From: the human T2T-CHM13v2.0 reference genome, Homo sapiens
Assembly (NCBI RefSeq): GCF_009914755.1
Contig: NC_060937.1
Reading direction: 5' to 3' (one strand)
Length of the DNA: 64,000 bases
The translations under genes and the position numbers were made by a program. Below, in pieces: positions 1-12,700 of this stretch; position 1 is the stretch's first letter, and every line of letters starts with the position of its first letter. The notes under the pieces are model-generated. The model did no database searches. It was not told the origin of the DNA and worked only from the letters and a program-made list of their open reading frames with translations.

Positions 1-881
1 TAAGCCCTTGAAGTCTTCAGTTTAAACCCCACTGTCTCCACATGTATATACAAACAAGTACCTATATTTGCTTATGGCTTCTCTGAAACTTATTTTCAAA
101 ATGAAAATAAATGAATAATATATGAATTACCTTATCATCCCATCAACAAAATGATCAATCCGATTTATTACCTATGTCTTCTGTTTCTTTCCCCTATAAT
201 GATAGCTCAAGCTTTCTTTCTTACAATGACAAATCTTCCATTTATTTGAAAGGTCTTGTCTCTTCTTGTCAGCACAGAAAGTTTTGACTTCTTTCACTAA
301 ATTATGAAAAAATTGAGTTTTACCTTCTTTAAATTACTACTGTTTGAAGCCTCTGTGAAAAGAAGCTGACCTGAATATTTGCTAATACACTGAAACTTCT
401 GATTCACCAGGTCTGGAATTGATCTATCTAATGTTGCACTTTGTGTATCTTTGGTTAAAGAAGCAATTCAATGAGGACCAACCCTCATAAGGCACAACCA
501 GCAGTGTAAGAACCTCTTCTACAAGAAGACTAGAGACTTCTTTTAAAATAGAGGTGCTACAGAGAGAGTCCTTAAAGTCTCTCTGCATAGTAGTTATAAG
601 TAATCTCTAAATTCTTTACTTTCTCTAGTCATAAATCTGAATACAGATAATCAGGTTTTTCTTTTATTATCCAGTTAATGTCTATTAAAATAAGACTCTA
701 TCTATAAAATATGCAAACAAATGATTACCAGAAGAAACAACTCATACCTAGAAACCTTGTAAACACTTTGTGGATTGTTTGATTCTTCTTCCCTCCTTAT
801 TAGTGAAGAAGATAAAGACCTTAATTTTATCCTTGTGTCCACTCCCAATCAACCAAATTTGACCAAAATATTCTTGGTCTA

Positions 882-1156
882 AAATTTTCTGGGAAGATAA
901 TTTAGTCCAATCTACTCATTATATAATATTTATTAAATATACTATATGATAATAAATATATAAATAATAAATATATAATAAGTAGATTAGACTAGATGAT
1001 CTTCCAATCTACTCATTATATAATATTTATTAACTATATGATAATAAATATATAAATATTATGTAATATATAAATAATTATATAATGAGTAGATTGGACT
1101 AGTATATTTATTTATATAATGAGTAGATTGAACTAGATGAAGTACCCAGAAAATTT
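882..1156. repeat. AT-rich nested inverted-repeat (quasi-palindrome) array
   Basis: tagtccaatctactcattatata at 903-925 (partial copy 1003-1022); its reverse complement at 972-994, 1079-1101 (perfect) and 1113-1135; outer arms aaattttctggg 882-893 / cccagaaaattt 1145-1156. Confidence 0.9.
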
Positions 1157-1467
1157 ATTTCCATTCCCAAATCCTATGATTTGTGAGAGTTAATATATTA
1201 GCTAGTGAAAATAATAAAATCCCCATACTAGCAAGGGATTTTACTAGAATTAAAGTTTCCATTTAGACATGTGAGCACTTTGGATACAGCAGTATTAAAT
1301 AGACTGGGTACCTTTTGCCAATAATTTCCAATAGTAAGACTATCTCCAATTAGTGCTTTAAAGTTTAGACCAGTGTTGTTTTTCCAATATGTTTCCATTT
1401 TGTAGTTACCAAAGTATGGTAAAAAGACCCAGGTTTAAGTTTTGTAATTATGTTATTTTTCACTATA

Positions 1468-2648
1468 CTAAGAACACTTTACATGAGGTCTATACTCTAA
1501 ATAAAAACTTCCATGCATAATACAGTATTGTTAACTATAGGCACAATGTTGTGCAGCAGATCTCTAGGACTTACTAATTTTGTTTAACCAAATTTATACC
1601 CATTAAACAGCAACTGCTCAATTACCCCTTCCCCAGCCCCCGGGAACCACCACCTTCTCTTGGTTTCTACGAGTTTGAGTATTTAAGACACCACATGTAA
1701 GTGTAATCATGCATCATTAGTCCTTCTGTGACTAATGTATTTCACTTAGCATAATATACACCAGGTTCGTCTACATTATTGCATATGACAAGATTTCTTT
1801 TTTCAAAGGTAGAATAATATTTTATTGTATGAATATATCACATTTTAAAAATTCACTCATTTGCTGAAGACTGTTAGATTGCTTCATATCTTGGTTATTG
1901 TGAATAATATTGTAATGTGTATGGGAGTGAAAATGTCTCTTTGAGATCCTGATTTCAGTTATTTTGAATATATACCCAGAAGTGGGATTGCTGAATATGC
2001 TAGCTGTACTTTCAATTTCTGGGTGTACATATCCTGCCCAAGATTTGGGAAGTTTGGGGCCATTATTTCTTTAAATAAACTTTCTACTCACTTCTTTTCT
2101 CTTCTTCTAAAATTCCTATAATGAGATATTTGTTTGCTTAATGATGCTTAATAAGTACCTTAGATTATCTTCACTTGTTTATCATTCTTGTTTTCTTTCT
2201 ACTCCTCTGATGGGATAATTTCAAATGAACTGTTTTCAAGTTTTCTGGTTCTTTCTTGTGCTTGATCAAGTCTACTGTTGAATGTCTCTAATGAATTTTT
2301 TTATTTCAGTTATTATATTCTTCTGCTCCAGAATCTCTAGGGTTTATTTAATGTATAATTCTCTTTGTAGAAGTTCTCATTTTGATTATGTATTATAGTC
2401 CAGATTTTTGTTTAATTATCTATCTGTGTTCTCTTATAACTCATTGAGCTTCTTTAAGATAAATATTTTGAATTCTTTGTCGTGTAAATAATAGATCTCT
2501 ATGTCTTTAGAATCTCAATTTCTTCTGAATCAGTTTTTTTTGATTCTTTTCATACAGGATTTTGGTCAATATATCATTTTTAAATAGATGTTCCTATAGG
2601 GGTAGAAGATCTGAGACTTCTTATTTTGCCGTCTTGTTGATGTTTCTC
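1468..2648 (-). mobile_element. Old L1 (L1MA/L1MB-type), internally deleted: 3' region joined to ORF1 piece and 5' terminus
   Basis: Antisense L1M 3'UTR motifs (actataggcacaatgttgtgcagcagatctctagg; tatacccagaagtgggattgctg) to ~2015; antisense ORF1 motifs (ccaagatttgggaagtttggggccattatttc) ~2016-2515; L1M 5'-end motif ttattttgccgtcttgttgatg ~2620-2642. Confidence 0.75.
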
Positions 2649-3380
2649 TGTGTTTTTGATTTGTGAAATGGATAATTTTTACCAAAACTGTGATGCCAGG
2701 GTATCATTATTAAAAATAGTTGTGGCAAAAAAGTGATGATGTTATTTTTTATTGCTTTCACAAATTTACAGTAACATGGCAAACAAATGAGTTTGACTAT
2801 TATTTGTGTAATTTCACCAGTAAGTGTTAATTTTGATCACAATAGACATTGTTAAGCATTATGCTACTTAACACATACTAAAATACCATTAATCTATTAC
2901 TATGACCTCATTTTGTCTACAATCACTTTAATTAATGACAGTTCAATCTAAAATCATATTTATATATTGGATAGTGTGTGTCTGTTACATATTAAGTTGC
3001 ACATTTACTAATTCTCCAGAATCTAATAAAAGTAAAATTTATGTTTCATATTATTCTATTGAATGAAAAATGGGCAGGTTTATCAAACAGACCACATCAG
3101 TACTTACAAAATTCTATTTATAGAAAGCCTGTTTATGAATATTTTAAAACATGCTTTGTAGGAGAAAATCAATGCTAGTAATTTAAGTATTACATTAATA
3201 CTCAATACATTAATGCTATTGCTACATTGAAAATTCTGGGAGTAAAAAGTGTCTGGCTGATAATACCAAGAAATCACAATAAATAAGAGTTAGAGTATAA
3301 TATACAAAGTTAGATCTCCACAAAGATGCATATGCAAAATTTACAATGCGTTTTTTTTTCAATTAACTTGTATTTAGTGT

Positions 3381-3781
3381 TGATATGATTTAGATCTGTG
3401 CACCCACCCAAATCTCATGTTGAATTGTAATCCACAATGTTGGAAGTGGGGCCTGGGAGGAATGTGATTGGATCATGGGGGTGGATTTTCCTCTTGGTAC
3501 TGTGTCACAATATTGAGTGAACTCTTAAGGGATCTGGTTGTTTAAAAGTGTGTGACAGCTCCCCTTTCCTCTCTTGCTCCTCCTGCCATGTAAGATGTTC
3601 CTGCTTCTCTTTTGCCTTCTGCCATGATTGTAAGCTTTCTGAGGCCTCCCCAGAAGCCAAAGCCTTTAGGCTTCTTGTACTGCAGAACCTGTAGAACTGT
3701 CAGCCAATTAAACGTTTTTTTCTTTATAAATTACCCAGTCTTAGGTATTTCTTCATAGCAGTGTAAGAATGAAGTAAAACA
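3381..3781 (+). mobile_element. MSTA-type MaLR 5' LTR
   Basis: Starts tgatatgatttagatctgtgcacccacccaaatctcatgttgaattgtaatcc; ends ttacccagtcttaggtatttcttcatagcagtg; directly followed by internal start gaaaattggtactgagg. Confidence 0.9.
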
Positions 3782-5660
<1,879 letters not shown>

Positions 5661-6037
5661 TGATATGGTTTGTATCTCTGTCCCTGCCCATGTTGAATTG
5701 TAATCTCCAATGTTGGAGGTGGGAGATGATTGGATCTTGGGGGTGGATTTTCCCCTTGGTACTCTGACAATGGTGAGTGAGTTATCATGACATCTCATTG
5801 TTTAAACCTGTGTGGCACCTCCCCTGGCCCCCTTGCTTCTTTTCCTGCCATGTAAGACCTGCCTGCTTCCCCTTTGCCCTCCACCATGACTATAAGTTTC
5901 CTGAGGCCTCCCCAGAAGCATAAGGTGCTATGCTTTCTGTACAACCTGCAAAACTGTGATCCAATTAAACCTCTTTTCTTTATAAATGTTCCAGTCTCAG
6001 GTATTTGTTTTATGGCAGTGCAGAAATGGACTAATAC
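5661..6037 (+). mobile_element. MSTA-type MaLR 3' LTR
   Basis: tgatatggtttgtatctctgtccc...gaggcctccccagaagc...aaatggactaatac; paralogous to 3381-3781. Confidence 0.9.
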
Positions 6038-6334
6038 CTTATATTAGGTACAGCATGATATAATACCTTATCTTAGGGATAGCATGATACAGTGCCATTT
6101 TTCTGCCATCATAAACCATACATTTTACCAGAAAATGTTTTTATTGTTGCATGTCTATTTACTGATTACTATCTTATGAGGTCCATGTTGTCTTACATTC
6201 TAATACATGATGTCTGTATTACTGTGATTGTTACAAAATGACTAATTGAGTTATTACCAATAGTTTATCAAAACTATGCCTACATTCTTGAGGGTATACA
6301 CTACTAAATTTGCTTGCCTTTTCTTTGTTTAATA

Positions 6335-6672
6335 TATTTGTTTTTCTAAGGTCACTATAACAAAGAACCATAGACTGGACAGTTTAAACAATATAAATTT
6401 GCTTTTCACAGTTCTGGAGGCTAGAAGTCTGAAACCAATGTGTCTACAGAGTTGGATTCTTCTGAGTCCTCTTTTCTTGGCCTAGGAATAGCCGTCTTCT
6501 CCCTCTGTTTTCGTATTTTTTTTGGTCTCTTTTGATTAAAATCCACTGTAATGATCTCATCCTCACAAAATTACCTCCTTAAAGACCCTATCTTCAAACA
6601 GGTTGTATTCTGAAAACCTGGGTGCTAGAACTCCAACATATGATTTTAAGGAACACAGTTATTTCTTAACAT
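6335..6672 (-). mobile_element. MLT1 (A-C type) LTR
   Basis: ctataacaaagaaccatagactgg...ttttcacagttctggaggctagaagtc antisense MLT1 motif. Confidence 0.75.
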
Positions 6673-6689
6673 TTTATACATCCATTTAA

Positions 6690-6911
6690 CTGTGTACTAT
6701 GAAGAGCACAGATGCTAGAGCTGCAGTGCCTGGTTTTAAACCCAACCCCATTGCTTATTAGTTGTCAGAGATTAGGGAAATTACATACATTTTGTGAATC
6801 ATTTTTAAACCAGAAATACTGGAAGGACTTATATTATAGAATTTCAAGTATTAATTGGATAATTGTAAGTTGTGTGCCACATGGTAAACTATTTAAATGT
6901 TAGCTATTATT
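6690..6911 (+). mobile_element. MIR SINE
   Basis: gaagagcacagatgctagagctgcagtgcctggttttaaaccc core; aaatgttagctattatt 3' end. Confidence 0.7.
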
Positions 6912-7825
6912 CTTTAGATTACTATCATAGTTTTTAATTTCATCATAAGCCTTTAGACTATATGAGATTTTAAAATCTTTTCTGTGGGGAATTAATTTAG
7001 AAACCATTTTTGAACTCTATTTTAAAATTACAATTCACATTCAAACTAATGAGCCCACAGTTATGTGTCATTGATCTAATGCAACTTTATCCGTGATTTC
7101 TTGTCTCCTAATTTTGTTAAACAGTGATCTTTATAATTTATATATGGTATACTTCAAATTTCCAATAAAATAGTTTCAATTTAGTAAATTATTGTTCACC
7201 AAATATACATTTTATTTATTCAATTTTATAAATCTATTTTGCAATTTATTTCAAAGTATTTTAATTTGAAATCTATACAGTTTACCATGCATGGCCAGAA
7301 ACACACAGGTGAAAAACACATAGTTCTTATTTTCAACAAAAGAAAGTAAGGTGCAGAATGTAATAACTATAAGAATATGTGTTAGGTGCATTTTCTGGAG
7401 ATAAAGGTGAAATAAAATGACATAACAAGCAAAATGCAGCCCTGTTTTGAGAGAAAGCTGGAAGGATATTAGGACCAAATCAAAGGTGGAATTTTTGCTT
7501 AGCTATGTAAGAAAAAATAAATCATTGGTGAGATTATAAGATCACAGAAGCTTTTCCATTGATCCTGAAAGACTTCTACTTGCCTGTAATGCCTGTTATG
7601 AAATGTTTAAAAAGCAATTAAATTCTGTTTCAAGACCTTCTATTTCTGCCTTTAGGAACCAAAATCAGCATTTATTTAAGGCTCTAGATTGAACACAGAG
7701 CAGAACTCTTACTTATTAGTGATTAGAAAATAAACAAAATATTGTAAAACATATTTAAGGTGTTATGAATCATTTGAACACTGAGGTTTGTAGAGAACAA
7801 AAGTTCTTTGGGACATGTGATAAGG

Positions 7826-8188
7826 TGATATGGCTTGTCTGTGTCCCCACCCGAATCTCATCTTGAATTGTAGCTCCCATAATTCCCACTCGTCATGTGA
7901 GGGACCCAGTGGGAGATAATTGAATCATGTGGGTAGGTCTTTCTTGTGCTGTTCTCGTGATAGTGAATAAGTCTCACGAGATCTGATGGTTTTATAAAGA
8001 GGAGTTCCCCTACACAAGCTCTTTTGCCTGCCGTCATGTAAGATGTGACTTTTTCTTCATTTGCCTTTAGCCATGATTATGAGGTCTCCCCAGCCATGTG
8101 GAACTGTGAGTTAATTAAACATCTTTCCTTTCTAAATTACCTACTCTTGGGTATGTCTTTATCAGCAGTATGAGAAAGGACTAATTCA
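7826..8188 (+). mobile_element. THE1 (THE1C-like) solo LTR
   Basis: tgatatggcttgtctgtgtccccacccgaatctcatcttgaattgtagctcccataattccc...gtgatagtgaataagtctcacgagatctgatgg...ggactaattca. Confidence 0.92.
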
Positions 8189-8449
8189 CAGGGTATCTGA
8201 CACATGTCCTTTTTATCCCCAATTCCGCTCTAAATATGGGTTTTTTAACATTACAGAAATAGTTCTTTTCTTTCCACAGAGTCTTAGATATTCTTTTAAA
8301 AAGTATATGTGCTCTCACCAAAATGAAGCATGTCTTTGCTTCTGCTATGTATACTTGCAGTGACGAGTAACTTGCAATGTTATTCACTGTTAGCTACTAC
8401 AGTAGTTATTTATTTATTTATTTATTTATTCTTATTTTTGACAGGAATA

Positions 8450-8545
8450 TGTGTGCCCCAAACCTCAGCATTACACAATATACTCGTCTAACAAATCTGC
8501 ACATATCCCTCTGAATCTAAAATAAAAGTTGAAATTATTTTAAAG
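8450..8545 (+). mobile_element. L1 extreme 3' end fragment (L1PA/PB-MA type)
   Basis: ccaaacctcagcattacacaatatac...aacaaatctgcacatatccctctgaatctaaaataaaagttgaaa. Confidence 0.7.
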
Positions 8546-11500
8546 AGACAATAATATTTAGGTATATCCTCATTCAAACATATTTTTTAATGTGGAAATC
8601 ACGTGATGAAATAAGTCCCTCAATTTAAAATGTGTAATAGTTTGCCTAACTGGGGAAGCCTTTTTGCCGTACTTATTCCTGAGCATGTGTGGGAGCTGCG
8701 ATGTAAGGTACAGCCCCATCTCTGCCCTAGTTTGTAATGTCGTCATCTTTCCCCTGAGTTGTTTAGCAGAAGATTTTTATCTTTTTCTCCTGCGTATGGT
8801 CAACATCTTTATGCTCAACGTTGCCTGCAACTAGCAAACTATTAGAAAGCAAGTCAAGCACTAAAAACCTTAAAAGTTGGAGTACTCAAGTGCCTTGTGA
8901 ATGCTTAGACTTTGAGGATTCAGAACTCTTTCTAAACCTCTGAAGGACGTTTTATCTTTGCTCTGCTCTGCAGATAATTTTCTGAACTTATCTTGTGTCG
9001 TACAAAAATGTTCAGATTTTGATACTTGTATTGATACCTGTATTGTTGTATGCCTTACTGTGGTCTCAAGTGACATTATCCACTTTTTGCTTCCAGTAAC
9101 TTGAATTGGTACTCATTTTTAACTTTCTACAAATAAAATTAGGTTAAAGTAAAACAATATGAAATCTTGAATAATATAAATCACAGAGGATGAAAAGCAT
9201 TAAGAAGACTGTACAGAATTGGAATGCAATAGTCCTATTTGCTTTATCTCATGATGATACACAGATTTGCAGATTAGGTATATGCATATGTGTGAGACCA
9301 AGGTTTCTTGTTTGCTAATTTTAGCTGAGTACTAATTTTCAGAATTACCTTCCTTAACAATACTGATTGCCTCACTAAATTAGTAGTCAATATTTAATCA
9401 AGACAGCAATGACATTATTCAATTATTGGGCCTGGGCCATGAGCAATATCTGAAAATGGCTTCAGGTATCACACACAGAACTCGATGTGTCACATAATTC
9501 CAGCATAATTCCCTAAGTTTTAGGTAAAACATAGTCGAGAAAACATATGTCATTGACTGCGTCTAGTCTTAAAGACATACACACAAGCATAGCACATTCC
9601 CAGATTTTGATTTGTAACTCAAAGTGGATATAAACTCCAAAAGAGTTCAATGTGGATACTATTAATTATCATGCTTTAATTAGGCAAGAAATTTTTCATT
9701 TTAAAGTTGTCATTGGCAATCACTTTTACTGTATATCTTTCCAAATACTGCAGTATTTAGTGTCATGGTTAGCATTGCCTTGGAAGAAACATGGTTGCCA
9801 GTACAAATTCCTCTAAAAATCACATGTGCTCTTTCTTTTCTGAACTTGAATGTAAAACATTTGATTCCACTGACTGGAACATAGGTCTCTAAATTTATTT
9901 GCAAAAACCCTTACTTTAGTATAACTTGTTTTGTGCTTACATAACAATTAATGTCATTTGCAGGTTTGGCAGTTTAAACTAGTCTAAAAAGTTTCGAAAA
10001 ATATTAGATATTTTAGAATAATCTGTAATTCTTTTATTTTTAGAAAAAAATGTATTCTGCTTTTCTTCATTTTGCATTTAGCTTTAGCACACTAGCTCCA
10101 CTTGCAGACAATGTGTGCCACTTATGTATGCTAGAACCATATTCCATGATAGCCTACATTTTATGGTGTTAAAAGTGCTTTTGTATTTTACAACAGTTGT
10201 CACTCAATCAAGGTTTTTGATTCCTTAGAAACATAAAGCAAGTTATTAAATCTTGTGAGTCTTACATCCTTCATCTAAGGAATTACTAGAAAAAAATGTA
10301 TCTTCCTTATCGTTTTTTAAAAGTATAAATTTAAAATGATGTACTATTTACGAAGAAGTTTATCACTCATTCATAAATGAGTGCCTGTAAAATTGTCAAG
10401 CTTTAACAAATATTACCACTGTCTCCTCTTTGGGGTTTATTCAATAATTCTTTATTATCATTCTTATAAATATTTCTGATATTTTAAGGGAAATTTCAAG
10501 GGTATATCCTTTGATCAAAAACTTTTTATGTAAAATTAATCAAACAATGCTTTTACGTTACTTCAGATATTTTCTTCAATAATTTTAAACTACATTACTT
10601 GGAAATAGACTGTGGATGAGTATCAACAAGTTGGAAAACAGACAACACTCAGGAAGAAAGTCTACCCAATAAGCTATAATAAAATACACCAATAACACCA
10701 ATAATACACTCTACAATGAAACTCATCTCAGGTATTACTAACTTTTTGCTTTGCTTTGGGCATCCCAAGGCAGCCATAGAGAAGGTAATGTACATGAGGA
10801 ATAAAGTGGATGGACAACATTTTAAAAAATGAGGCATATTTAATTACACAAATTCATATTTACATGAATCCATGTGAATAATTTTTTATTTTGTTTTGAA
10901 CTTAATAATATATCTATCATATCCTGGAAATGTCTTCCACTAGTTACATAGGCTAGTTACATAACTCACTTCATTTTATAGATTTAATGTTTTCATGGAT
11001 ATATCAGTTTACAAAATTATCTGAGAGTATCATTTTTAAAGGTCTACCAGAAAAAATAAAACAACCTACCACAAAGGCCTATGATTTAAATAAACATTTT
11101 CCAAAAAACCCATTTTTGTTAAAAATGCCTTGAGATACCATCACTACTATAAACGTGAATGCTTATGATAGAATAATATGTTTGCTTTGATCACTCTTAG
11201 AGCAAAACGTGTTTCTTAAGTTGTATTGGGTATATTTTCTACCAAAATTCTCAAAGCCCATGCTCATGCAAATAGTTCTGTTCAGGCAAATGATCATTAT
11301 ACCCAGTTTCCATATCATTCATACACAGCTAGACACATTTTCTGGTGGGGATTTAAACAATGGTATGGAATTCTGCAGTCTCTCCTATCTATATATTCTT
11401 TCACTCTGAATATGTACCCTACATAATAATTCTTAAACTTCATTTCTTTATACAAATATTATTTTTCTTATGTTGGTGTTTGTAAACTAATACCTGCATA

Positions 11501-11619
11501 CAGGAAATAAAAAAGTGATACAAAAATGGGAGTAGTTATAAGATTGGCACTTCAGGTAGGTAGATGTATGGATAATCATAACTGCAATTATAGAATTATT
11601 ACATGTTATTTTTTTAATA

Positions 11620-12290
11620 AGTAAGATAAGTAGCACAATGAAGATATTGTGTTGTTCTGGAAATTTAGAAAATGCTAATAATATAAAAACGTTATAAATG
11701 CTTAAGTAGAAAAGAAGAAAACACTGCACATCTAACCATCCTAATAATAATATTTTCCTATGTTTACTTTTCATGCTAGTTGTCATGTCAGTGAGCTTTT
11801 ATACCTTCCTGTACACATTTAGCATTATTTCAGAAGTCTTTGTTCATGTAACTGCATTCATCATGATGGCACATAATATCCCATCCAGAGAATCATCAAA
11901 TGAACTGTTTATTATTGCACACTTGTGCTTTTATTTTCATCTTGTGCTAATATTTGTCAATCATTATCTGTAGTTCCAGACATTATACTAACAGCTTCTA
12001 GGCTTTAACTTCCATAAGGATTATTTCCAATGATTCCTAGAATAATGCCATGGTGACAACAGAATGCACATATTATTTTGCATCTTCTCTATTATATTTT
12101 GAGATTGATGTACCAGAAGCAGAATTACTATGTCAAAAGTTATAAATGCTTCTTGGTTAGATATTGTACAAAAGATTTGTACTAAGTTCCACATACCAAA
12201 CAACTTGTACCAAGTTAGAATGCTACTAGGTTTATAAGAGAGCATCTCTTTCAGCCTTTCCTTTTTAATCTAAAATGTTTAGCAAGTTCA
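11620..12290 (-). mobile_element. Highly decayed L1ME-type fragment
   Basis: Degenerate antisense L1 3' motifs (ggaaatttagaaaatgc; agatttgtactaagttccacatacc; gattcctagaa). Confidence 0.4.
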
Positions 12291-12574
12291 AAAATAAAGC
12301 TCTGTAAACATACAAATAATTCAGATTAAATATCTAAAGGAAATTTATAGCTACCAGAAGAAAAGATATACATTTTATAAAATTGTTGTATAATTAGCTT
12401 CTTTCTTTTTTCTTTTCTTCCTAATCTCAAGCTGTTCATTGATCATGATCATGAGTAGGCACTGTGCAAGATTCAGGGAAAACGAAGATACATAAACAAG
12501 GCTGAGGAAATGCCTTCTTATGTCTTTTATATGTATTTCATTATTTCACTCTCGCCACAGCCATTTTACTCTAA

Positions 12575-12700
12575 CCATTTTTTTTCTGATAAAGAAACTG
12601 AGACTCAAAATAATAATAATGTGCCAATTACGACATAGCTAGTAAATAATAGAGCAAGACTCCAAGCCTAAGAGTGTATAATTCTATTCCTTTGTAACAC
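12575..12700 (-). mobile_element. MIR fragment
   Basis: ctgataaagaaactgagactc...acatagctagtaaataatagagcaagactcc. Confidence 0.6.

Noticed and set aside
882-1156. Repeat-spacer appearance suggestive of a CRISPR array (also 32021-32098, 48855-48988)
   Set aside because: Primate DNA; repeats are inverted or directly tandem, spacers are not unique, and there are no cas genes
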